From: Trichinella spiralis
Lineage: Eukaryota
Assembly: GCF_000181795.1 (NCBI RefSeq)
Contig: NW_003526941.1
Location: 11,049,159-11,113,158, forward strand
Direction of reading: 5' to 3'
DNA: 64,000 bases
A program made the position numbers and the translations under genes. The notes under the pieces are model-generated. The model did no database searches. It was not told the origin of the DNA and was given only the letters and a program-made list of their open reading frames with translations. How positions within the stretch are numbered: the first letter of the stretch is position 1; every line of letters begins with the position of its first letter. Below are positions 25,846 to 36,994 of this stretch, piece after piece.

Positions 25846-27513
25846 ATGATGTCAGATGATGAAGAATTCGATGATGTTGTAGAACCCGGTGCTTATGGTC
25901 ACTCTTCGCCAATTGGTGCTCGCGCTGAAAAATCGTTGGGCTTGTTGACTCAGAAATTCTTGAAAGTTCTCCAAGAAGCCAAAGATGGTGTTGTTGATTT
26001 GAACGTTGTAAGTTAATTTTGAATTTGCTCGTGAAATTTATTTTAATTTATTTGATTATTTTTAAATTTATATTAGCACAGATTGCTTCTGGCTGTTGAT
26101 TTTTTTTTGTTAAATATTTTTTTTCATATGTTAGGCTGCTGATCGACTGAAAGTGAAGCAGAAGCGACGCATTTATGATATTACAAACGTTTTGGAAGGT
26201 GTCGGATTGATTGAAAAGAAGTCAAAGAACAGCGTGCAGTGGAAGTGAGTTTGAATTTCAATTAATAATCAGTGAATAATTAATTTATTCACTTTTTAAT
26301 TTTAATTAAAATGGGATCATTCTCAGAGGTGGAGCAGTTGGCAAGCTGGGTGAACTGAACCCATCCGCCACAGAGGCGCTGTTCAATTTGAAACTCGAAT
26401 TGACGGAACAAGAACGAGTCGAACGCAGCTTGGACAGTCATATCAAATGGTTGAAACAGGTACATGCGATGTTTATGCGATTGTTTTTACTTTTGCTTCT
26501 TAAAATTTAAACGCAAACAGCAGACAAACAACCAGCATGTGCTTGTTTTGCAGATTAAAAATGATGATAATTTTTAGAGTATAAAAAACGTCATTGAAGC
26601 TGACAACAATTCCGATGCTTACTACGTAAATGAAAAAGAGTTGGCCGCATATATTCCCGGGTCGACAGTATTTGCTATCAAAGCAGATACTGGTACTGAT
26701 CTGGAAGTGCCTTTTCCGTACAAGGTGATTTTATATTTGGGGAAATAGCGTAAGATTAAAAAAAAGAAATTTTTTTAAAAAATATTTTGAACAACACCTT
26801 TTCAATGTTTCAGCAATGTTGCTAAATAAACAGGGCGAGTCAGTTTTTAAGAAAGTAACACATGATTTTTTTGTGTTGTTTTTGTACATTTTGATCCGTT
26901 TCATTTGATGTCAGTGATGATGAAATTTCAATACTGTAATTGTAATAATATTAAAGAAGAAGGGAGAGTATTTTTTTTATTTCTTTTCAGAGTGAGAATG
27001 ATACTACAGTGTACGCGTTGTTGGTTAAAAGTGAAGAACTACCGATTGACGTGTTTCTGGTTAGAGATTTGGCTCGTGAGATCAATATTGACAATCTCAC
27101 GATGCCGGTAATAAATGTGAAATTGTTTGGTTGTCTTTTATAAATTGATGATGAGCATTTTCCAGGATGAGGATCGGTTTTCAAAGGAAGTGGATCCGCC
27201 AGTTGCATCTCCGGTCGCGTTGCAACGGACGAGCTCTATATCCGGCGGTGCAATCAGTCGAGCACTGAACGGTCGAAGTGTTTCGATAAAACGAGAGCCT
27301 GAATTGTTGAATCAGCCCGAGATTACTCCGGTTATTTGTAAGCAGTTGTGTTTGATTTTTCTTTTCTGTTCACTTCAAATTTCCCTTTATACAGCGGAAC
27401 CGAAATCCAAGCCGTGGCTAATACGTCTGAGTCCGCCGGCAAGCGATGGCGATTATTACATGAATTCCAATTTTAGCCTCTCCCTTCATCAGCTTTACCG
27501 AGGACAAAAATAA
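25846..27513 (+). CDS. E2F4/5: E2F transcription factor (E2F4/5, efl-1-like); exons 25846-26007, 26135-26244, 26327-26459, 26578-26724, 26991-27107, 27166-27337, 27395-27513
   Basis: DNA-binding domain [13 protein letters not shown]...[45 protein letters not shown]; marked box FAIKA..GTDLEVP and [14 protein letters not shown]-terminal pocket-protein-binding-like [13 protein letters not shown]. All introns are GT-AG and in frame. Confidence 0.95.
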
Positions 27514-27894
27514 CAAGAGCTGAACAACAGCTCATGATTGTTTTCTCTCCCCTTTCCCCTTCCTCTTTTTTTTACTTTTACACGTCTAGTACCACTTTAC
27601 CACGTTGCTGAATGCCCAAGATGAATCTTTTACAAGCAGATCTTATTTAATAAATTTTGTTTTTTTTAAATTATCAGTAGTCAGTGATTGTCAAAGATGT
27701 TTTATAATAAAAAGCATCAGCGGAAAACCTGCTGCATGTATATTATATGTATATGTATATTTGTATATATGTATTTATTGCCATTGTCATCATGATCATA
27801 TTTCTTTTGTTATTATTTATTTATTTCTTTTAAAAATTCTTTAAACTACTGATTTGTTGTTCATAGGTGATTTTGCTTTGTGAATGTTTCAGAA

Positions 27895-29175
27895 ATGATC
27901 ACATCCACCTTTTCCTATGTAGATACGTTGAATTGTACATTGCTTGTGCGTCATCTGCCGGCTTGTCTGACCGATTCGGACAAGATGAGTTTGTTGTCAC
28001 AGTTTGGCGCTTGTCGGGTTCGAGTGATGAGCTCTGACGGTCCGTTGAAGCATTGCGCGTTTGCTTCATTTCGAAGTGTCCAAGAGGCGAGAGTTGCCCT
28101 GCTTCAGTTGCATCAGTTGAATGTGGTAGGAAGTAGATTGGTTGTCACTTGGGCCAGGGCGGAGGATCGCCATTGCATACCGACCGTTTGGGATTCGGCT
28201 GGCAGCAGTTGCGCCTCGGAAGAGCTTCGGGGAAGCTTGGAGCAGCAGTTGGCGCGTTGCATGGTCGAGCAAAAATGCCCCACCGTCAGTCAACTGGCCT
28301 ACCGTTACCCTCGGCCCAATCGGTTGGCTTTGCGTCGGATCTCGTGGTGTTTGGAAAAGTACCCCGAATTCTACACGCAGGTATTGCATCTGATGAACAA
28401 GCTCTGCTTGCCTTGTCCGTTCGACGACGACGATGACCAGTGGATTGTCGCGGACATGGAAGACGACCTTCCCGAAACAGAGCTAACCGGCCGTTGTTGG
28501 GTTGCTGAGAAGCAGTCGATCGGCTCGGCCGACCGTGATCACTTGAAAAAGCAAATCCGAGCCATCAGAAGTGGAATACTGCCAGCGAAATTAGCCCCCA
28601 GAACTGTGGGCGTTGTTCCACGGTCAGCGGCGACCAAGCGTCCCGCTTTGCAGTTCCCTACTGTCCACTTGCGACCACTGCCCGCCGACGGCGGTCCCAC
28701 CCTTCTCCACTGCTCCGGTGGTTTCGGCACATTCGGCCCGGCACCTTTGCCGAAAGAAAAAGCCGACATTGGCGGTGGTGAATTTTCCGGTGCCATCAAA
28801 GCTGCTGAACTATCATTGCCGCTGATCAGCGTCGAAGAAATCCAACGCAATCGCGTTGACCAAGAGCAGATGAAGCTTTTGCCGGCGTTCAAGAACTACA
28901 GCCCCGGCGAGCGTTGTTCTCGTCTGTACGTGAAAAATTTGTCCAAACGTGTTACCGATGCGGAGATGAGGCGCATTTTTGGCAATTTTGTCCAAAATGC
29001 CGAATCCGAACACCAATTCCACGTCAAAGTGATCCAGACGGGACGTCTGCATGGGCAGGCGTTTTTGGCTTTTGGTTCCGTTGAAGAAGCCGAGGCCGCG
29101 TTGCAATCTTGCAACGGCTACATATTGCACGGCAAGCCGATGGTTGTCGCATTTTCCAGGTCGCGTCTCAATTGA
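27895..29175 (+). CDS. RNPC3: U11/U12 snRNP 65K protein (RNPC3/RBM40), two RRMs, apparently a single coding exon
   Basis: RRM1 TLLVRHLP...VRVMSSDGPLKHCAFASF...LHQLNVVGSRLVVTWA; RNPC3 signature YRYP...YPEFYTQVLHLMNKLCLPCPF; GGFG; RRM2 FKNYSPGERCSRLYVKNLSKRVT...GRLHGQAF...NGYILHGKPMVVAFSRS. The ATG at 27895 follows TTTCAG-AA. Confidence 0.93.
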   Translation: MITSTFSYVDTLNCTLLVRHLPACLTDSDKMSLLSQFGACRVRVMSSDGPLKHCAFASFRSVQEARVALLQLHQLNVVGSRLVVTWARAEDRHCIPTVWDSAGSSCASEELRGSLEQQLARCMVEQKCPTVSQLAYRYPRPNRLALRRISWCLEKYPEFYTQVLHLMNKLCLPCPFDDDDDQWIVADMEDDLPETELTGRCWVAEKQSIGSADRDHLKKQIRAIRSGILPAKLAPRTVGVVPRSAATKRPALQFPTVHLRPLPADGGPTLLHCSGGFGTFGPAPLPKEKADIGGGEFSGAIKAAELSLPLISVEEIQRNRVDQEQMKLLPAFKNYSPGERCSRLYVKNLSKRVTDAEMRRIFGNFVQNAESEHQFHVKVIQTGRLHGQAFLAFGSVEEAEAALQSCNGYILHGKPMVVAFSRSRLN

Positions 29176-30127
29176 ATCACACATCAGCAAGTTTAAAGTT
29201 TAATAAAATGAAACAAAAACAACTATATATGTATATACCAGAACAGAATAAAATGCTTAAATTGAAATTTTGATCAAATTTATTATCGTTGTTGTTGTTG
29301 TTAGTTCCATTTTCCATTCAATAATTCATAACCAACAGCAGCAGTTGTGGTAAAATAGTACAAACCAACAAACAAATAAACAGAAATTTTGCCTACATTT
29401 TACAAATAAACAAATGATAAACTTAAAAGTAAGCAGTATGTGCGGATAATTTATTTATTATTCATTTCAAATGATAAAGGTGAATTTGTGTAAAGTCAAG
29501 TTTCTTTTTTCATTTTAATCATCATCAATGCTTTGGGGCAATGAATTCATTATTCGCTACATGCATGCAGCATGCAGAGCAGTAGTTTTTGCAAACAAAG
29601 AAATCGATCATTCAACCAACCAATCACAACACAGGCGAAAATGGCTAATCAATGAGCAATGACCTGGCTGGACGAATATAAATATTTTTTTTTGACAAAT
29701 TTGTTAATGGATTAAAATTTTTAAATAAAAATAATATGCGAGATGTACTTTAAATTTATATATAGTTTTTCTCTATTGAACTTTTTTTATAAAGAAAATT
29801 GTACATTATGTACTGATTATCACGTATACTGTAGGCAATTTATTGTCAGAGTGCTTTACGCTGAGATAAACAAGTAAGTGATCAGTTTGTCAGTTTTGTA
29901 AAGTAGCATCCATTATTTTCTAGAACATTTATTTTCTAGCACTTCTTCCGTCATTGTGAATTATGTAAAGAATAAAAAAAATCTTTTTTTTAAACATTTA
30001 ACAGCTTTTTATTTTCTTAATTTTATGAATGTTTTTCCATAAAAGATAATTACGGAAAGTATTTTCGCGTGTAAAGTTGTAATACGTATTGCTTTTGATT
30101 TTATTTTATAGCTCAAGTTTTTCCAAG

Positions 30128-32191
30128 ATGTCCGCCGTAAATAAAAACAACCTCCACCAGCCGGGCACGTCAAACGGTCGAAGCGTCAATTCAACTTCGA
30201 GAAATGAAGTGAGGTGTGATGTTGAAAAAATGTGCACATTAAAAGAAACAATAATCAGCATTCAATTTTTTTTTATCTAGATATGATATGCCGTTTAAAC
30301 CGATGTACTCGAACACGCTGCCTGATGTGCCGTTTGAGGCGAAATTTTTGCCACACCCATTTCCTGCCGATCGGCACGTCAAGTACGAAACAACGATGAT
30401 GGAACGCGCATACACTGGCGAACTTGTGACGGAAGATGATGTTGGAATTTTCATTGATCTTGTTTTGATTGATAAATACGAGCCGAATCCGAACGGTATG
30501 TTTGAAATTATTAGTATTATTATGAAAAATTAATCGTTCAGAACCTGTGCAATTGCATCCCACTGATGAATTGCTCTGCTCAGATGAAGATACATTATTG
30601 TCAACTATGAAGAAGTAAATTTATCAATTTAAATAGAAAAGTTTGTTGTTACTGAAAATATTTGAATGTTCTGTTTGTTTTATTTTTTAGGAGTCGTCAC
30701 GGAACAAAAGCTGTACCGTGGATGAGAAGAACTGAATATATTTCAACGGATTATAGTCGGTTTGGCGTTCAAACGGAACGTCAAGAAACAAAGTATATAT
30801 TTTGATTATTTTTCTGTACAGTTATAAATATGTTTATTTATTTATTTTAAATATTAATTGATCCAAAAGTGTGTAATGTGTGTGTGACGAAATTTCAGAC
30901 TCGGCTATCACATTCAAAAAGTGTTGAAAGAAGCTTCTTTGTATCGCGACCGAGAAAGCCAACTCACTGCCATCAACAAGACTTTTGAAGATGCAAAAAA
31001 GCCAGTGCGTGAACATTTCAGCAAACGCGATGTTTATGCAGTGGAAGAGTTGCCTTTGTTACCAGATTTTGATGTGAGTTGTTTGTTTTATTTAAAAGTT
31101 TAATTTAAATTTAATTTAATTTTTCAAGGCTTGGAAGTATCCTTTTGCTCAAGTTATATTTGACGTTGATCCAGCTCCACGTGATAAAACATCATTAGAA
31201 GAAACTTTGGCTACCGATCAAATTTGCAGAGCTATGATTCGGTACAGTAAACTTTATATGAAATGCGAATAAACTATTTTTTGTTGTTTTTTTCTCAAAG
31301 GGGTATGATGGATGAAAAAGGCGAACAATTTGTGGCGTATTTTGTGCCAACGTTAGAAACTATTCGAAAGTTGAAATCGGTTGAAGGAAAAGATATTAGT
31401 GAAATGGATTTGAGCACGCCGTATTATTTTTGATATATTTGTTTGATTTATTATTTTTTAAAAATAATATTGATTTCAATTTTTAGTTTTGATTTTAAAC
31501 TATTGCGGGAGTACAATTGGTCGGTCAAGAACAAAGCTTCAGTGGGATATGAGGAGAATCATTTTTTCTCCTTCCGTGATGGACGTGCTTATTATAATGA
31601 ATTGGAAACTAGGTGATCGGTTTGTTTTTTGATTATGAATTTTATTTTGTGATTTTAAATATTGATTGTTTTGCAGAGTACGTTTGAATCGTCGCAGAGT
31701 GAAAGATGGTCACGTGCACAGTGCTGTACCGAATTCACGTTTAATCGTCCGTTACAGGGATTTCAATGATCAAGAATTGGCTGCATTGGTAAAAACATTG
31801 TTATTTTTAATTTCATTATTAACAGATAATTGTCTCGCCTGGTTGATTTGGACTGTATTTATTATTTAGAGTGCTCGTTCGATGATTGTAAATCCAATTG
31901 AAGAGGAAGACGACGACGACGACGAAGAAGCAGAAGCAGAAAAACATGTTGACGATACTGCTGGTAATTTTGTCGACAAAAGTCATTCATGGTTTTAGTA
32001 GTGGTTTTTTATTGTTTTTTTATTGATTATTATTCATTTTAGGCGAGAAAAAATTGGATACTGATCAGAGCAATCAACCACCGGCTAAGGATAATAATAA
32101 TCAGTGGTCAGATAATGAGGTAAAGTCCGACGAGGGTTCGCCAGTTGTTGAAGAAGAAACGGAAGAAGAAATTGAAGTTGAAGCAGATTGA
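30128..32191 (+). CDS. PAF1: RNA polymerase II-associated factor 1 (PAF1 complex), about 11 exons
   Basis: Spliced motifs [128 protein letters not shown]; an acidic C-terminus ends at TGA 32189-32191. Confidence 0.95.
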
Positions 32192-32887
32192 AAAATGCAA
32201 GCAGAGCTCAAATGAGCAAGAATCGCAAGCTATTTTTTATTTTTTGAAAATTGAATTTCAGACGTTCGTTTTAAAGTTTACACTTAATTCTTGTCAAATA
32301 AACGGCATCACTTCTACGAAAATTACTGCTATTATATTATTAATCAACATTATTGTTATTAAACAACACCGAACAAACATTATGTTGATATTTTGTAAAA
32401 TGATATTGATAATTAAACTTTTTTTATATTTTATTTTTAAGAAGCGCTTTGTGATACGTTCCTTTGGACAGCAATGTGCAGTTGGTATTTTTCTACTTTC
32501 TTTTCGCAGTGATATATGCAAATCTAAACTTGATTATTCCAAGATTACTGTAAAAAATTGAGACATTTTATAACTTTACGTTTTATTATTCATTATCAAT
32601 GTAAATTTATTGCCAAATATAAATTTAAAATATTAACGAAATTTATGTCAAAAGTGTTATTATGATGAATTTGTTTTTGATTTAAGCTACAGAATGCTTT
32701 TTGATGTATCTGAAAAGTATGAATGTTGAATGTTGTTCAACATTGTAAATTTCAATTGTATTTCGCATTTATTTTGCATCGAAATAAATAAATTAATAAA
32801 TATGAAATTCAGTTGTTGTTGTTTTTCAAGTTCTTTTCCAAAGAACCATTGAAAACTGGGAAAAGTTGTTCACTTTTCTACATAGTG

Positions 32888-35260
32888 ATGACGCCGATGT
32901 TCAATCCAATGAAGAAGATGATTAGCGGCTCAAGACTTGCTTTACGAACATTTTTCAGGTAGACAATATTTTCCATTTAGCCAAATGATTTATTTTTATT
33001 TTAATGAAAATTAACTTCAGTTCAATTATCAGAATTGAATTGTCAGAGAAAATAATTTTTTATTTTATCAATGAAATTATAGAACGCTTACTTCGGCAGA
33101 ATTTTTGAAAACACCTCAAAACGAACCGGTGCTCAGCTACGCTCCGGCAAGCGATGAGAGAATTCAACTTGATCAAGCACTTGCACGTTTGACAAAGCAG
33201 GTGAACAACATACATGCCGTTATTGGCAATGAAATGTTCGACTGTGGCTTCACCGCTGAGCAACGTATGGTAAGTTTGATTTCTTTTTTTAAATTTATAT
33301 TATTTTTTTGCAATGCTTATCATTTTTTAGCCGTTTGATCATAAAGCAGTGTTAGCTCGAGTTGCAGTTTGCGACAAAGTATGTGCAGTGAATTTTGTCT
33401 TTTCTAATTGTTTCAGAAGGAATATATATATATATTTTTTTTCTCATTAATTAAAATATTTCTTCTCATCAGAATTTGATCCGAAAAGCCATCGATGTAG
33501 CATTGGAAAGTCGTTTGGCTTGGGAACGAATGCCCCTTGAAAAGCGCGCCGAAATATTTTTCAAAGCCGCCGATTTAGCCTCCACCAAATACAGAATGGA
33601 TCTGAATGCGGCCACCATGCTTGGACAAGTAGGAAGCATAGTTTGTTGTTTATTTTTTTTGAAATTTAAATTCGCTTGTAAATTTATTTATTGAACAGGG
33701 AAAAACTGTTGTACAAGCGGAAATTGATGCCGCTTGTGAGCTTGTCGATTTTTGGCGATTCAACGCCTATTATGCGTTGCAATTGGAAAAAGTACGTCTA
33801 ATTTCGTCGAATGATATTCAAAATGAGCTGCTTTTTCGTGGTTTGCAAGGATTTGTTGCCGCCATTTCGCCATTCAATTTTACCGCAATTGGTAGCAACA
33901 TGAGCAGTTGCCCAGCTTTGATGGTTTGTTGAATTATTATTATTATTACCGTTGTTGTTGTTGTTGTTGGAAATTTAATTTTTTCAAGGGTAATGTAGTT
34001 TTATGGAAACCAGCTAGAACAGCAATGCTTAGCAACTACATTTCATTTCAAATATTGCGCGAAGCTGGCTTGCCTGATGGTGTAATTAATTTTATACCTT
34101 CCCAATCGGAAATTTTCGGCCAAGTTGTGCTGTCTAACAGGCATTTAGCTGGCGTCGGCTTTGTTGGCAGTTTGCCAGTTTTTCAACACATTTGGAAAGT
34201 AGTTGGCAACAATGTTGAAAATTATGACAATTTTCCCAGACTTTCTGGAGGTAATTGAAATTATGCTAAATTGTACATTATTGAAAAGTAACTGATTTGT
34301 TTGTGATTTTAGAATGCGGAGGAAAAAATTTTCATTTTATTCACCATTCGGCTGATTTCAAAACGGCCGTCGCGTGCACAGCTAGAGCGGCTTTTGAATA
34401 CCAAGGGCAGAAGTGTTCTGCATGTTCACGCCTGTATTTACCGCAGAGTATGTGGCCCGAGTTTAAAGATGCTTTGATTGAAATTTGCAAAGAAATCAAA
34501 ATTGGAGATGTAAATTTTTATTCTATAATAAAATAATCAACAATTTTGCATCAGTTTTACATTTTCAGCCACGTGACTACAGCGTCTTCATGTCGGCTGT
34601 TATTGACCGTCCTGCATTTGAGAACATCTGCAGCTATATTGAGCATGCAAAATCCAGTCCATCCTTGAAACTACTGTACGGTGGTGATTATGATGACGAA
34701 AAAGGCTATTTCATCCATCCAACTCTACTGCTGTGCTCAGATCCGAATGACAGAATTATGAAAGAAGTGAGTGTGGACAAAAATTATTAAACTGCACTTG
34801 ATGATGATTGATTTCATCTTTTGTGACATGTTAAGGAAATTTTTGGTCCTGTTCTTACTGTGATCACGTATCCCGATGCGCAGTGCGATGAAGTGTTGGC
34901 GTCGATCAAAGATTCAACCGAATATGCGCTAACTGGTGCTATTTTTGCCCAAGATATGTACGTATTTTTATTTTGACAGAATATACTTGAAAAAAAAGTT
35001 TATTACAATTATTTGATGTTCTTTTAAGGAATTTTATAAAGCAAGCTCGCATGGATTTGCGAGAAGCTTGCGGCAATTTTTACGTGAATGACAAATGCAC
35101 CGGTGCGGTTGTTGGTCAGCAGCCGTTCGGTGGATCGCGAAAATCTGGAACAAACGACAAAGCTGGTGGACCTTATTATGTGTTGAAATGGGTATCTCAT
35201 TTGGCTGTCAAATCGACCCGCAGTCCAATTCACGAATGGAAGTACCCTTCAATGGGGTAA
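32888..35260 (+). CDS. ALDH4A1: Delta-1-pyrroline-5-carboxylate dehydrogenase, mitochondrial (alh-6-like), multi-exon
   Basis: PQNEPVLSY, AATMLGQGKTVVQAEIDAACELVDFWRFN, GFVAAISPFNFTAIG, GNVVLWKP, PRLSGECGGKNFHF, catalytic-Cys motif FEYQGQKCSACSR, EEIFGP, GNFYVNDKCTGAVVGQQPFGGSRKSGTNDKAG; basic N-terminal presequence-like exon 1. Confidence 0.96.
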
Positions 35261-35377
35261 ATCAAACAAAAATTACTTGGATAATTGTCGTTTAATTGAA
35301 TATGATAGATACTCTGCCCTGATGCTTTTTTGCATTTTTGCACACCAATATGCGTAATATTAAATGTAAAAATGTTT

Positions 35378-36248
35378 TCATTCATTCGGAACATATTTCA
35401 GCACACCTTGATTGATCAACTGCTGGCAATCATAACGCAGCATGTAGTGTTCAGAATCTTCGCAGAGGTTGAATTGATGGCCGTCTTCGGTTTCGAAAAT
35501 TCCATAATGCTTTACACAGCGCACCTTTAAAAATTGTTGCAACATTAAAGCCAACAAACAGGAAAAGCGAAAAAAATTTCTAACTCTCGCATAGATGTGC
35601 TTCGGAGGCTGTGTATTCAACGTCAAATCCAGCATACCATCACTGTCTACATTGAGCATGTACTTTGCCAAAATTTGGTTGTAATTTTGAAACCATTCTA
35701 TCTGAAATCCAAAGTCAGTGTGTGGATATATATCGAATGTGATCGAATTTTACCTCTTGTTCAGAAAGATTTGTTCGCACTTCAGCCGACAGAACGCTAC
35801 CTGCTTTCCAACGAAGTTGCTTCAAACGAACCAGGCGATTGTACAAATAAGCTGTCAAGCAACGCTTGTTTCGTTGGATACTGAGATGTCTTGCTTGAAT
35901 CACTGTGTGCAATTCTGTATCACCTTCTATAGCGGCTTTTCTGTATTGAAAAAAAAAGAAACATGCATTGATTTGCAATTTTTGAAACTGAAAATATCTG
36001 CTTACACATCAACCTGATTCGATTGATACAAAGTTTTCATCTCCTCAAATACCATTCTCATCCCGTCATACTTTAAACGAAAAGCACACACACATGTATA
36101 TATGTCATTTCATGTCACACTTTGTTATTATGCAAATGTATAATACCCAAAAATGTTTAAACGAATGAATACTTACTCGATATTGAGGAATTTTGTCTTT
36201 AGATTTCCAGAGGTCATTTATCATATCAACAGCCCAATTGTCAGACAT
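35378..36248 (-). CDS. GINS1: GINS complex subunit PSF1; exons 36177-36248, 36006-36070, 35754-35940, 35585-35701, 35378-35524
   Basis: VFEEMKTLYQSNQVDV, RHLSIQRNKRCLTAYLYNRLVRLKQLRW, NLSEQEIEWFQNY, LDLTLNTQPPKHIYARVRCVKHYGIFETEDG, CQQLINQGVL match PSF1. GT-AG introns keep the frame. Confidence 0.95.
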
Positions 36249-36994
36249 GGTAGTAAACTCTAAACAGTAAGTAAAAACTATAAAATAATATAAACACTCT
36301 CTAACTGGAACTATCATCAAATTGGAAAGCTACGTAGAATTGAATTGAACATCGAACAGAAGAAGTTCATTCTTTCACCGGCTTAATTATCTGTTTAACC
36401 TTCCAAAACATACTTTATTCAACTTTCAAATACATTTTATTATATAACAAGATTTTTCTTAAAATTTGTCTATCAAGAAAACTTGAAGATACTGTATTTT
36501 GTTGAAAAAAGTCAAGCATTATAAAAAGTACATTTATCTAAAGGTACATAAAACATACGTGGAAGAGCAACACAAACTTAAATATAGAGCAATATTGTGT
36601 TATTATTATTATTTTTTATTTATTAATTGATGACGTGATAAATTAATTTTAATGTTTACAGTAGGACAATTTTTTGGTGAATATGAAGACTGGCTTATTT
36701 ATATTTGGGCATTTTTGGCGACTGCGCTGTGAGAAGAAATTGTTGGCAAATTTTCGCTTTCAGTTTCTATATGAAGGTGCATTTTTTTATTATTTCAACA
36801 ATAATTGCACCTTTAAATCTTAACCAACAAATCTGGCCAATACTATCTATCTACTGCACGGTTTTCTTGGATGTGCACCATGCATTTTTTGGAAGTAGAC
36901 ACTGTGATAAATAAATTAATCAATTAAATTGTCGTGATTGTGTGGTGCATTAATAAATGTTTCTGTTGATTGTATGGTATAATTTTTTCTAGAA

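Noticed and set aside
31137..31146. Perfect U12-type 5' splice-site sequence GTATCCTTTT inside PAF1, about 2 kb downstream of RNPC3
   Set aside because: It lies within a continuous coding exon ([11 protein letters not shown]) that matches PAF1 without interruption. It is a single copy, so neither a U12 intron nor a tandem USSE is supported.
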